Shown here: positions 8,945 through 17,579 of the stretch, piece by piece
How positions within the stretch are numbered: position 1 is the first letter of the stretch
Layout of the letters: each line of letters opens with the position of its first letter
Assembly (NCBI GenBank): GCA_964012805.1
Contig: CAXGUD010000015.1
Span: 1 to 64,000, forward strand
From: an uncultured Bacteriovoracaceae bacterium
GTDB taxonomy: Bacteria > Bdellovibrionota > Bacteriovoracia > Bacteriovoracales > Bacteriovoracaceae
Length of the DNA stretch: 64,000 nucleotides
Direction of reading: 5' to 3'
Program-made: the position numbers and the translations under genes
The notes under the pieces: generated by a model
What the model was told of the DNA's origin: nothing
Databases searched by the model: none
Seen by the model: the letters and a program-made list of their open reading frames with translations, nothing else

Positions 8945-11005
8945 TTAAAGATGAGTTTCTATGAGCTTAAGAAAGGACAAAATCATTTTGTTTTTTCCTT
9001 TAGGTTGCCTGTATTTTAAAACATCTTCTTTAGATACCTCTCTTGAATAAGAAAGATCTCTTTCAAAAAAAGATTTGAGATTTTTTGCCAAGGACCTGCT
9101 TTCAACAATTAAACCCAGTTCACTATTTTTAAGACTTGAATAATCTAAATTGAAAGACCCAACCAGAGCGACTTTTTCATCAACAATCATGTATTTATTA
9201 TGTAGGGTACCGGCCTCCTGAAAACCACTTTCTTTCTTTTTACCTACCCATTCATTTATCGAAATATTTTTATACCAGGTAGGCCCTTTTGAAAGCTTAA
9301 AAGCCCCTAAAGAGTGGTCAAAATATTCGATATAACGATAACGGTTCATCATGGAAATAAAGCTAAGATTATTAGCAGCAACACCATTAGTAAGAAAACG
9401 AACCTTTACTCCTCTCTTTATGGCCTTTAAAAGCGATCTTTTTAACTTATCAGGAGGTAAAAGGTAGCCATTGGATATTAGAATTTCTTTTTGGGCATTG
9501 TTTACAAGGTTTATATAGGTTTGATAGACATAATCCTCTGATTCATCGGGCCTTGAATGTAAAAACCTAACACCTTTGGCCTTAAAGTATTCTATTTTTT
9601 TTGGCCTCCATAAGCCTTCGTAATAAAAATCCTCATTAAAAGATTTTTCTCCCATTAACAAGTGGTTTAAGGTATCTCTTTGAGTATCAACCCAAATACT
9701 GTCTTCGCTTTTTTGTTTTATGTAAGCTTTCCAATGCCTTTTTTTAAACCCCTCATATTTTTTCCTTTCTTTTAGAGGGTTATAAGGGTTTAAACAAAAC
9801 TTATCCTCATGGTACGTTTTAAAACGCAAGGCTTTATTAAGATAGGTTCTTTCAAAGGATTTTCGCAATTCATTTAAAAGTGGACCCCTCAGAGCAATAT
9901 CTTGATCCCTATAAGGTAAGCTCTTATCAAAGCTTAGACCAAAGTATTCTTGGGCAATATTAATTCCACCTAGAACTCCAACACTTGAAGAGCTATTCGT
10001 GCTTATTGCAAGCTCGGAATCAACAAGCCACATTTTTTCATGGTCTCTCCTTATTATTTTCTGAAGGTCGGTCCCCCTAAACTCATTTATAAGTTTTCTT
10101 TTACAAGAATAACCAAAAACTCTTATCCCCGCACTCATGAGATTATTCAGCATAATTCTTTGATTCTTAAAGTCGGCTTTTGTTTTTTGATTAATAATAT
10201 GACCTAGATTAACAGCGATCCCATCAAAATTAACTCTAACATCAAGGCCTTCACTTTTTTTCCTGGCCAATAAATCGGTAAAAAACTTTCCAGACTCATC
10301 AGATCTAAAGATGAAAGTTTGAATAAGAATAGATTTTTTCGCCTCCACAACGCTTCGGTACCTTTCCTTTAAACTCATTCTTCCATCCAAATTGGCCAGA
10401 TAGTTTTCAAAGTCCTCTGTTTGGATTTCACCAGAATTTTCACCCTCTTCCTTAGGTATAGAACTTACCCAACGTATAGGAGTTTCATGGCTTTTTAAGC
10501 TTTCAAGAACTTTAAGAACTTTAAGAAGAGGAGCTTGATGCTTTCTTTTTTTGCAAAGTTTAGATAATTTTTTAAAATCATTAAAAACCTCATTCCTCTC
10601 TTTTTTGCTCCTAAAATAGAGCCTACTCCTCTCTCTTAGATGGGCTTTTAAACCAAAAAATATTCCATAAGAGTCATTAAACCGTATAACCTTTCTAAAG
10701 GGAAAGGATCTTCTTAAATCAAAAGAATCTTGAGATAGAAGACCAAACTCCAGATGGTAGGTTTTTAGGGTCAGCTTGCAATAGTTTAAATCAACAATTT
10801 GCTTTAAATTCTTTACTTCAGATCCAAGTTTTAATTGGATGAAATACTCTCCTTGAATCTTTTTTTCCAATGAACTGATTTCTTTTAGTTTTCTTTTTAA
10901 ATCATTATTAATTTGAAGATGCCCACTTTCATTTATGTCAAAAGCGTTTACCATCATAGAAAAAAGTAAACTTATAAAAGTCCAGCCTATATTAAACCCA
11001 CTCAA
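8945..11005 (-). CDS. Secreted phospholipase D / cardiolipin synthase-like protein
   Basis: Two HKD motifs (DHEKMWLVD, LHNKYMIVD), GGINI and GSFNLD; signal peptide; long N-terminal extension. Confidence 0.88.
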   Translation of the reverse strand: MSGFNIGWTFISLLFSMMVNAFDINESGHLQINNDLKRKLKEISSLEKKIQGEYFIQLKLGSEVKNLKQIVDLNYCKLTLKTYHLEFGLLSQDSFDLRRSFPFRKVIRFNDSYGIFFGLKAHLRERSRLYFRSKKERNEVFNDFKKLSKLCKKRKHQAPLLKVLKVLESLKSHETPIRWVSSIPKEEGENSGEIQTEDFENYLANLDGRMSLKERYRSVVEAKKSILIQTFIFRSDESGKFFTDLLARKKSEGLDVRVNFDGIAVNLGHIINQKTKADFKNQRIMLNNLMSAGIRVFGYSCKRKLINEFRGTDLQKIIRRDHEKMWLVDSELAISTNSSSSVGVLGGINIAQEYFGLSFDKSLPYRDQDIALRGPLLNELRKSFERTYLNKALRFKTYHEDKFCLNPYNPLKERKKYEGFKKRHWKAYIKQKSEDSIWVDTQRDTLNHLLMGEKSFNEDFYYEGLWRPKKIEYFKAKGVRFLHSRPDESEDYVYQTYINLVNNAQKEILISNGYLLPPDKLKRSLLKAIKRGVKVRFLTNGVAANNLSFISMMNRYRYIEYFDHSLGAFKLSKGPTWYKNISINEWVGKKKESGFQEAGTLHNKYMIVDEKVALVGSFNLDYSSLKNSELGLIVESRSLAKNLKSFFERDLSYSREVSKEDVLKYRQPKGKNKMILSFLKLIETHL

Positions 11006-11065
11006 AATTGACCTCTTGGATAAAGATATTGATAAACTGCAATAAATTTTTATATTAAGGAGCCG

Positions 11066-11094
11066 AGTATAGGCCTGAAATCATAGGTAAGCAA
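11066..11094 (-). promoter_or_regulatory. Sigma70-type promoter for the PLD gene
   Basis: TTGCTT-N17-TATACT on the minus strand. Confidence 0.5.
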
Positions 11095-11213
11095 ACGAGT
11101 ACTTTTAAATTCTCTTCGCTATTTTTTTTTGACAAAAGGTCTAGAAAAATTTAAGAAAACATGAATTCTATTTGATACTTAAATTTTAAAATAACCTCTT
11201 TAGGAGATATTGT

Positions 11214-11618
11214 ATGAAAATGATTTTAAAGACCTTTTTACTTTTAGCTTTGTTGGTAAGCACAGCACAAGCTGATGAAAGAAGGCTTATTGGAACGACG
11301 AAGATTAATGACATAAAAGACACGGACCGTATTGAGCTTCCAACATGTCAAGGGACAAAAAACCAAGAAACGACACACATTAAGTTGAAAGTTGACCGCC
11401 ATAGAGTTGAGGTTTACAACCTAGAAGTGACTTTTGAAAATGGTGAAACACAAGAGCTTTATGTCAGAAAACGTTTTAGAAAAGGTAGTGCATCTGAATG
11501 GCTTGAACTTGTTGGAGGCCCACGTTGTGTAAGAAGAGTTAAGGTTACAGCAGACGCTAATATCTTTGGATGGAACCTTAGAAAAAAGGCCCTTATTTCC
11601 TTTTACGCAAGAAAATAA
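11214..11618 (+). CDS. Secreted beta-sandwich protein, DUF2541-like
   Basis: Signal peptide AQA; DTDRI..C, IKLKV, LEVTFENGETQEL and SEWLELVGGPRCV pattern; AGGAG RBS. Confidence 0.65.
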   Translation: MKMILKTFLLLALLVSTAQADERRLIGTTKINDIKDTDRIELPTCQGTKNQETTHIKLKVDRHRVEVYNLEVTFENGETQELYVRKRFRKGSASEWLELVGGPRCVRRVKVTADANIFGWNLRKKALISFYARK

Positions 11619-11643
11619 CTTTACTCCTAACAAAGTAATTTAA

Positions 11644-11682
11644 AAAGAAAGGCCGCCATGAAGATCATGGCATCCTTTCTTT
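11644..11682 (+). terminator. Hairpin / probable intrinsic terminator
   Basis: aaagaaagg..gccatga / tcatggc..cctttcttt inverted repeat after the stop codon. Confidence 0.55.
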
Positions 11683-11739
11683 CCTTCGTTGAGGCACCTC
11701 TTCAAAACCGCTATAATTTAATGAAAGAGGAGTCACCTA

Positions 11740-12153
11740 TTGAACTTTTCATTATTTGTTAAACATTTAACCTTGATCATGGCGTTTAGTGTCTCACTCT
11801 TCGCGGAAGCTTTTAATGCCAAGAAAGCGGGTCTTTATTATTTTAAAGAGCCATTTGGTATTGTACATGAAAAAGCGGATCTTGAGTCACCATCCATTAA
11901 AGTCATCTACTGTGGTCAACCACTTGAAATAATCGAAACCTACGGCCAAAAATCTATCGGTGAATGGACCATGGTGAAAAGACGAAAATTGGAAGGCTTT
12001 ATTCAAACAAAATTCCTATCTAAAAGGTGGCCAGCTTGTTTTACAAGAACCTTTTCTCAATTTGTAGGTGAATTTCAAATGTCTGAAACAGACCTCTATT
12101 TTTGGGCAAAATATGTTGAGAGGGTTCGAAGGGGCCGCTCAAAAGTTAAATAA
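11740..12153 (+). CDS. Secreted bacterial SH3-like domain protein
   Basis: Signal peptide; VHEKADLESPSIKVI..G..L, WTMVK and EGFIQTKFLS pattern; TTG start with GAGGAG RBS. Confidence 0.65.
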   Translation: MNFSLFVKHLTLIMAFSVSLFAEAFNAKKAGLYYFKEPFGIVHEKADLESPSIKVIYCGQPLEIIETYGQKSIGEWTMVKRRKLEGFIQTKFLSKRWPACFTRTFSQFVGEFQMSETDLYFWAKYVERVRRGRSKVK

Positions 12154-12154
12154 A

Positions 12155-13147
12155 TTAAACAATGGATTCAGCTTCGACCAAATCCCTCCTGCTTTCTTGG
12201 CTTGATAAAGACTTCCTCTTTACTCTCGCATAAGGCCCTAAATCTTTCCGCATTATGTAATCCCAAATAACTTTCGTCCAGGATGAATAAGAGTGCAGAT
12301 TATCATAATATTCTGGAGCTAAAGACTTGAGACGGGGAAGATTTGCACCAGCAATATTAGGAAAGTCATGGTGTTCGTTATGGTACCCGACGTTATAAGT
12401 TAAGTAATTTAAAGGACCGTAATAAGAATACGTTTCCTGCTCTCCCTTAAAAACATAATGTTCCGAGATAAAGTGACCCGTCATTGGATGAAGTCCAGTA
12501 GAAAGGAAAGTAGCTAAGAGGAAATAGCAAAGGGCCTTAGGTCCAAAATAAAAATACACGAGTGTATTAAAAGCAATTTGAATTATAAAGTTAATAATTT
12601 CATATTTACCTGGTGGCTTAGGTCGTAAAAAAAGAGGCCTTATTGCGTAGAAAAGCGGTTGAAAGAAAAGCCATATCATTTTCATTAGCCGACCTTTAAA
12701 AACAACAACCTCCCACTGACTCGGAATATCCGAATCTATATCCTCATAACCTTGATATTTGTGATGCTCTAAATGGTATTTTCTAAAAGTCGCCGCTGAA
12801 GGAATTCCTGTAGGGAGGTTTGCAAAAAAACTAAACCAAATATTGGTAGCAGATCTTTTAAAAACAAGATTGTGGGAAAGCTCGTGCATAGCTAGAAGAA
12901 GTGAGTGGTTAATAACCCCACCCACGGTATAAGACATGAGAAGAACAATAAGCCAGGTCTGATCTTTCATGAAATAGGCCAGGGCAAATTGAATAAAAAC
13001 GGAGAGGCAAATCCAATACTTTGCCCGAGGACAGTGACCGTAGAGTTTTTTCACTTCGGGATGCTTTTTTAAAATTTCCCTCCGTCTCATTGCATGAGGC
13101 TCTTTTGTTTCTGACCAAATAAAACCATCTTTCCCTTTTTGACCCAC
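12155..13147 (-). CDS. Sphingolipid delta-4 desaturase / C4-hydroxylase (DES1/DEGS-like)
   Basis: Lipid_DES N-terminal motif WSETKEPHAMRRREILKKHPEVKKL; His boxes HELSH, HLEHH and HNEHH; GLHPMTGHFISEHY and ETYSYYGPLN. GTG at 13147 has an AAGGAG RBS (the track starts at 13210). Confidence 0.88.
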   Translation of the reverse strand: MGQKGKDGFIWSETKEPHAMRRREILKKHPEVKKLYGHCPRAKYWICLSVFIQFALAYFMKDQTWLIVLLMSYTVGGVINHSLLLAMHELSHNLVFKRSATNIWFSFFANLPTGIPSAATFRKYHLEHHKYQGYEDIDSDIPSQWEVVVFKGRLMKMIWLFFQPLFYAIRPLFLRPKPPGKYEIINFIIQIAFNTLVYFYFGPKALCYFLLATFLSTGLHPMTGHFISEHYVFKGEQETYSYYGPLNYLTYNVGYHNEHHDFPNIAGANLPRLKSLAPEYYDNLHSYSSWTKVIWDYIMRKDLGPYARVKRKSLSSQESRRDLVEAESIV

Positions 13148-13313
13148 CTTAACTCCTTGGTGATACTCATCCCATCTAACAAGCTTACCTTGCGAAGAAT
13201 CACAATTCAACTGAGCTCTTGACCAAACAATATTTCAGACCTACCGTGGAACTTCTTTATTAAAGACACTTTTTTGATGTGATACTTATTTAAGGCCTAG
13301 CGGAGAAACAATA

Positions 13314-14678
13314 ATGATATCAGACTTCTTAGCGACACTTGTTGACTACGCATGGGGCCTTCCCCTTATTGTCCTTCTTATTGGTGGAGGTCTTTACCTT
13401 GGTTTTGTTTCCAGGATGGCCTCTCTACGGGGTTTTTTTCATGCCTTAAAACTCATTCGTGGAAAGGGAAGCCACTCTGATTCATCAACAAAAGAACAAG
13501 TCGAAGGCCAGATAAGCCACTTCCAGGCCTTAACGAATGCTCTTTCGGCAACAATTGGTTTGGGAAATATAGCAGGGGTTGCGGTCGCGATTGGTAAAGG
13601 AGGCCCAGGCGCTATTTTTTGGATGTGGATTTCAGCTCTTATTGGGATGAATACTAAATTTTTTGAATGTACTTTGGCCGTTATGTTCAGGGGAAAAGAT
13701 TACACTGGCGAAACCCAAGGTGGACCGATGTATTTTATAGAAAAAGGCTTGGGAAATAAGGCAAAGCCACTTTCCTTCTTTTTTGCCCTCTGTGGTCTAG
13801 GAGGGACGCTTGCGCTTTTCAACGTTAATCAGCTTACAAGCTTCATGCATGATCAATTCCAATTTCCCAAGATGGCCTTGGGAATTGTCCTAGCTATCAT
13901 TACAGGATATGTGGTTTTTGGCGGAGTGAAAAGAATAGCCTCCCTGACGTCAAAAATAGTCCCTCTCATGTGTATTCTTTATGTTGCTCTTTGCCTTTAT
14001 GTTATTGGTAACAATATAGGTAAGGTCCCATCCCTTCTCATTCAAATTATTACAGAAGCCTTTACTGGAAAAGCTGTCGCTGGGGGGGCCATGGGATCGG
14101 CCATTCTTTTTGTCATGATCCAGGGGGTGAAAAGGGCCGCTTTTTCTAACGAAGCAGGTATTGGTACGGCTCCTATGGCGCATGGGAACGCCAAAACAAA
14201 TGAACCGATCGCTGAAGGACTTGTGGCCATGTTGGGTCCCTTTATAGATACAATCCTGGTCTGTACTATGACAGCGCTTACAATACTGATCTGCCTCACA
14301 CCGGAAGAAATGGCTCAAGACAATGGAGTCCTCATGACTTTGAGAGCTTTTGAAAAGGCCTTTGGAAATTCAGGGAAAATCTTTTTAGGTATCTCAGTGT
14401 TTTTCTTTTCTTTCTCAAGTATATTTGGTTTTGCTAACTACAATAAAAAATGCTGGGATTACCTTTTTAAGGGCTCATGGCCTTTCGGTGATATTCCCTT
14501 CATTATTTTTTATTTATCCTCTATTATTTTAGGCGCAGTGGCCACAATGGATGATGTTGTTAATATTCTTGATATATGCTTTGCATTTATGGCGGTCCCC
14601 AATATGATAGGTACCATCATCTTATCCTCAAAGGTTAAAGGGGCCATGGATGATTACTTTAAAAGGCACAAAATTTAG
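13314..14678 (+). CDS. Alanine/glycine:cation symporter (AGCS family)
   Basis: ATIGLGNIAGVA, GGPGAIFWMW, GGPMY, FSNEAGIG and FIDTILVCTMTA. Confidence 0.93.
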   Translation: MISDFLATLVDYAWGLPLIVLLIGGGLYLGFVSRMASLRGFFHALKLIRGKGSHSDSSTKEQVEGQISHFQALTNALSATIGLGNIAGVAVAIGKGGPGAIFWMWISALIGMNTKFFECTLAVMFRGKDYTGETQGGPMYFIEKGLGNKAKPLSFFFALCGLGGTLALFNVNQLTSFMHDQFQFPKMALGIVLAIITGYVVFGGVKRIASLTSKIVPLMCILYVALCLYVIGNNIGKVPSLLIQIITEAFTGKAVAGGAMGSAILFVMIQGVKRAAFSNEAGIGTAPMAHGNAKTNEPIAEGLVAMLGPFIDTILVCTMTALTILICLTPEEMAQDNGVLMTLRAFEKAFGNSGKIFLGISVFFFSFSSIFGFANYNKKCWDYLFKGSWPFGDIPFIIFYLSSIILGAVATMDDVVNILDICFAFMAVPNMIGTIILSSKVKGAMDDYFKRHKI

Positions 14679-14679
14679 G

Positions 14680-16356
14680 TCAATTTTTTTTTAAAAAAGA
14701 AAGGGACTCTTTAATTAAGGACTCCCCACCGAGAGGGCCTTTTCCTTTTCCAGCGTTGAAAATAATAAAATCTGGCCTCACTATAAAGATGTTTAAAGAT
14801 GAACCGGTAAAAGCACTTAATTTATCTTCTTCATCAAGCCATGTAGCTTCTTTATAAGGGGTTTTAAGAAAGCTTAAATTTTTTTTTAATTTTTCATTTT
14901 TCCTTTTATGAATAACAATAACCTTCCCCCCCCAGTCCTCCCATTGTTTTAAAGAATCTCTTCTAAAAATTTTTAATGGGTCTTGATTCAAACAAAAAAG
15001 ACAAAACTGCCCTTTCAACAATTCATCACTTCTTATTTTTTTATGATTATCAAAAGAATCTCTTAACCAAACGGAAGGGAACTGCTTTCCAATAAGGGGC
15101 GATCCAAAAGGATGCTTCTTCATTATGCATCCCGCTTTTATCTTGTTACCTGGCTTAAAGTGAAAACCTCTAATAAACCATTTTAATAAAGGAAGTTTTG
15201 AAATAACAAAAAGAAAACTTTGACTCAAAAAGGATGACACATTTGTTCTTGGTGAGGCCAGAAGACCTGCCACCATAGCGAGCCAAATAACCTTTTTCAC
15301 CTGACCTTTTCTTTCTAGAGTGTAAGTTTTTAAAACACCAACAGGTAACTTTCCCGTTATTGAATGCTCTAGTTTCCAGCTTAAATTGTGAGCATCTTTA
15401 AGTCCTGAAACAAGTCCCTGCCCAGCAAAAGGCGGTGTAAGGTGGGCACTATCGCCGACTAAAAAAACACCTTTTTTTTGAAAACTTTCCGCCACACAGG
15501 CCTTAAACTGATAAGTGGCCTTCCTCTCAACTTTGAAATCATTATTAAATCCAGCGCCACCTTTATTCTCTTTAACGCCTCTTTGGTAAAAAAATTTTTT
15601 CCAAGGGCCCTTCTCTAGTTGAGTATCTATATCCTTATGAGAGTCTAAGCGGAACTCAAAACGTTGTCTTCCTCCCGGAGCCGGAATAGAAGGACATGGC
15701 CTATTATAACCACAATGAAAAGTTACTTTATTTTCACCAGCAAAAGGCTTCTTATTAATAGTATCCAAGATAAGCCAAGTATCTTTGTAGTTTCTAAAAA
15801 CTTCAAAATCAAGACCTTCCAATTTTCTTACAAGAGAATTGGCCCCATCAGCTCCAATGAGAAAGAGACAACTCATTTCATGATTTTGTCCTTTTTCATC
15901 AACAAGTGAAACCTCATAATGGTCACCTCTATAACGGTAGTTTTTTAAAGTCCTATTATATAGAAGTTGAAAATTTTTATAGGCCAATAATTTATCTTTC
16001 AACTTTTTTTCTAGCTCTGGCTGGAAAAAAGAAACTAACTTTGGAAATGTATCAATCGATCCAGAAGTATTTAAGGTGATAAGGTCTCCAAAAAAGGAAG
16101 ATGAAAAAGAGACTTCTTTTAAAGGTAAAAAATTGAAATCTTTCTTAGAAAAACCTAGTTGGTAAAGAATGCGGACAGCATCATTATCTAAACTGATCGC
16201 CCGAGGGAAGGAATAACTATCCTCCAACTTATCCACACATAGACCTTTTATTCCTTTTAAGGCCAAAAAGTTAGAGAGGGTTAAACCAACTGGTCCTGCT
16301 CCGATAATGAGGACATCAACTTTATTTTTTATCTTTGTTTTTATGCCCTTGAACAC
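14680..16356 (-). CDS. FAD-dependent aromatic monooxygenase (MhpA-like)
   Basis: GAGPVG Rossmann motif, PRA, GADGANSLVRK, GDSAHLTPPFAGQG, DAHNLSWKL and C-terminal VRPD. Confidence 0.85.
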   Translation of the reverse strand: MFKGIKTKIKNKVDVLIIGAGPVGLTLSNFLALKGIKGLCVDKLEDSYSFPRAISLDNDAVRILYQLGFSKKDFNFLPLKEVSFSSSFFGDLITLNTSGSIDTFPKLVSFFQPELEKKLKDKLLAYKNFQLLYNRTLKNYRYRGDHYEVSLVDEKGQNHEMSCLFLIGADGANSLVRKLEGLDFEVFRNYKDTWLILDTINKKPFAGENKVTFHCGYNRPCPSIPAPGGRQRFEFRLDSHKDIDTQLEKGPWKKFFYQRGVKENKGGAGFNNDFKVERKATYQFKACVAESFQKKGVFLVGDSAHLTPPFAGQGLVSGLKDAHNLSWKLEHSITGKLPVGVLKTYTLERKGQVKKVIWLAMVAGLLASPRTNVSSFLSQSFLFVISKLPLLKWFIRGFHFKPGNKIKAGCIMKKHPFGSPLIGKQFPSVWLRDSFDNHKKIRSDELLKGQFCLFCLNQDPLKIFRRDSLKQWEDWGGKVIVIHKRKNEKLKKNLSFLKTPYKEATWLDEEDKLSAFTGSSLNIFIVRPDFIIFNAGKGKGPLGGESLIKESLSFLKKN

Positions 16357-16374
16357 GATCGTTGAAACCTGCTT

Positions 16375-17442
16375 TTAAGATTTTTCAATCTTCTCATCAT
16401 TCAGATCATTAATCCTATTTACAAATTGAATAATAGGATACAACTTTCTTATTTCAACAATTTTTACTTTAGAAAGGAAGGCCTGTTTATCGCCCACAAC
16501 GATTTCTTGGGCAAGTCCTTGGGAAACAACATCTAAAAAATCGTCCTGACCTATATTTGATTGATCATCTTTAAATTTTTTATAAATCTCTGAAAGGTTG
16601 ACCTCTACCATTCCCTTACCATCTACCTCTTTTCCTTCTGACTGCTCAATAATTTTTTCCATAAAGGCCTGAGAACGGGGAGGTATGATGAGCCTTTTTG
16701 CATCATCTAACCTTCTTTGCTCATCAATAAAACCGAGAGTATCCCTAAAAAATTTTATATCCGATAAAGTCACGTATTCATTTTTATCTTCTTCGCTTTC
16801 TTCTTGAAGAACTAAATAATTTAGCTCGCACATAATTCTTACAAACTCTTCATACTTAATTTCAGAAAGATTAAAAATATCCAAAATATGGTAATCCAGG
16901 GTTTCTTTTTTTAGCACCATTCCCTGTTCACTAAAATTTCCGTAACTTTCAAAAATAGTTATAAAATAGTTTAATAATTTTACAAGATCAGAGTTATTAA
17001 AAAATTTATAGTGGCTAATTTTTGTCCGGCTATGGGCAACAGAGTTGCTTTCCATGCTTTTTATTAGATCATTGGAGTCTCTTAACCTGTCGGCCAATGT
17101 AAAAATAATTTTTTTAAACCAAGGATTCAAGCTTGTCATTGCCTTATTGAACGAATTGAAATGAATTTGAATCACTTTCGTTGAACCTACAGAAGCAGCA
17201 GAACAACTCCTTCTTGCATCTTTCGCATTGAAATAGGCCATTTCTCCAAAGACTTCCCCCTTTTTCAAGATGGCCAATTCTACAAACCCCTTTCCTTTAG
17301 GCCTATATAACCTTATCTTTCCCTCTTTAATAATATAAAGACAATCGGCAACATCCTTCTCATGAAAAAGAACATCCCCTTGACCAAAAGAAAGAAGAGC
17401 AGGTTTGCCATCATCTTTTTTCTTTGGATCACTTTTTTCCAT
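16375..17442 (-). CDS. Cyclic-nucleotide-binding (Crp/Fnr-like) protein
   Basis: LFHEKD, YIIKEGKI and GEVFGEMA...RRSCSA phosphate-binding cassette. Confidence 0.85.
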   Translation of the reverse strand: MEKSDPKKKDDGKPALLSFGQGDVLFHEKDVADCLYIIKEGKIRLYRPKGKGFVELAILKKGEVFGEMAYFNAKDARRSCSAASVGSTKVIQIHFNSFNKAMTSLNPWFKKIIFTLADRLRDSNDLIKSMESNSVAHSRTKISHYKFFNNSDLVKLLNYFITIFESYGNFSEQGMVLKKETLDYHILDIFNLSEIKYEEFVRIMCELNYLVLQEESEEDKNEYVTLSDIKFFRDTLGFIDEQRRLDDAKRLIIPPRSQAFMEKIIEQSEGKEVDGKGMVEVNLSEIYKKFKDDQSNIGQDDFLDVVSQGLAQEIVVGDKQAFLSKVKIVEIRKLYPIIQFVNRINDLNDEKIEKS

Positions 17443-17579
17443 ACGTTACCTTTATAAATTATAAAAAATATCTCTTAGATTTAATGATAATTATTTTTAC
17501 TTATACTTGACTACAAAAATATTGAAAAAATTTTTGAGTTTTTTTTTCGGAATTTATCTAAAAATGACAAGGACTGTAT

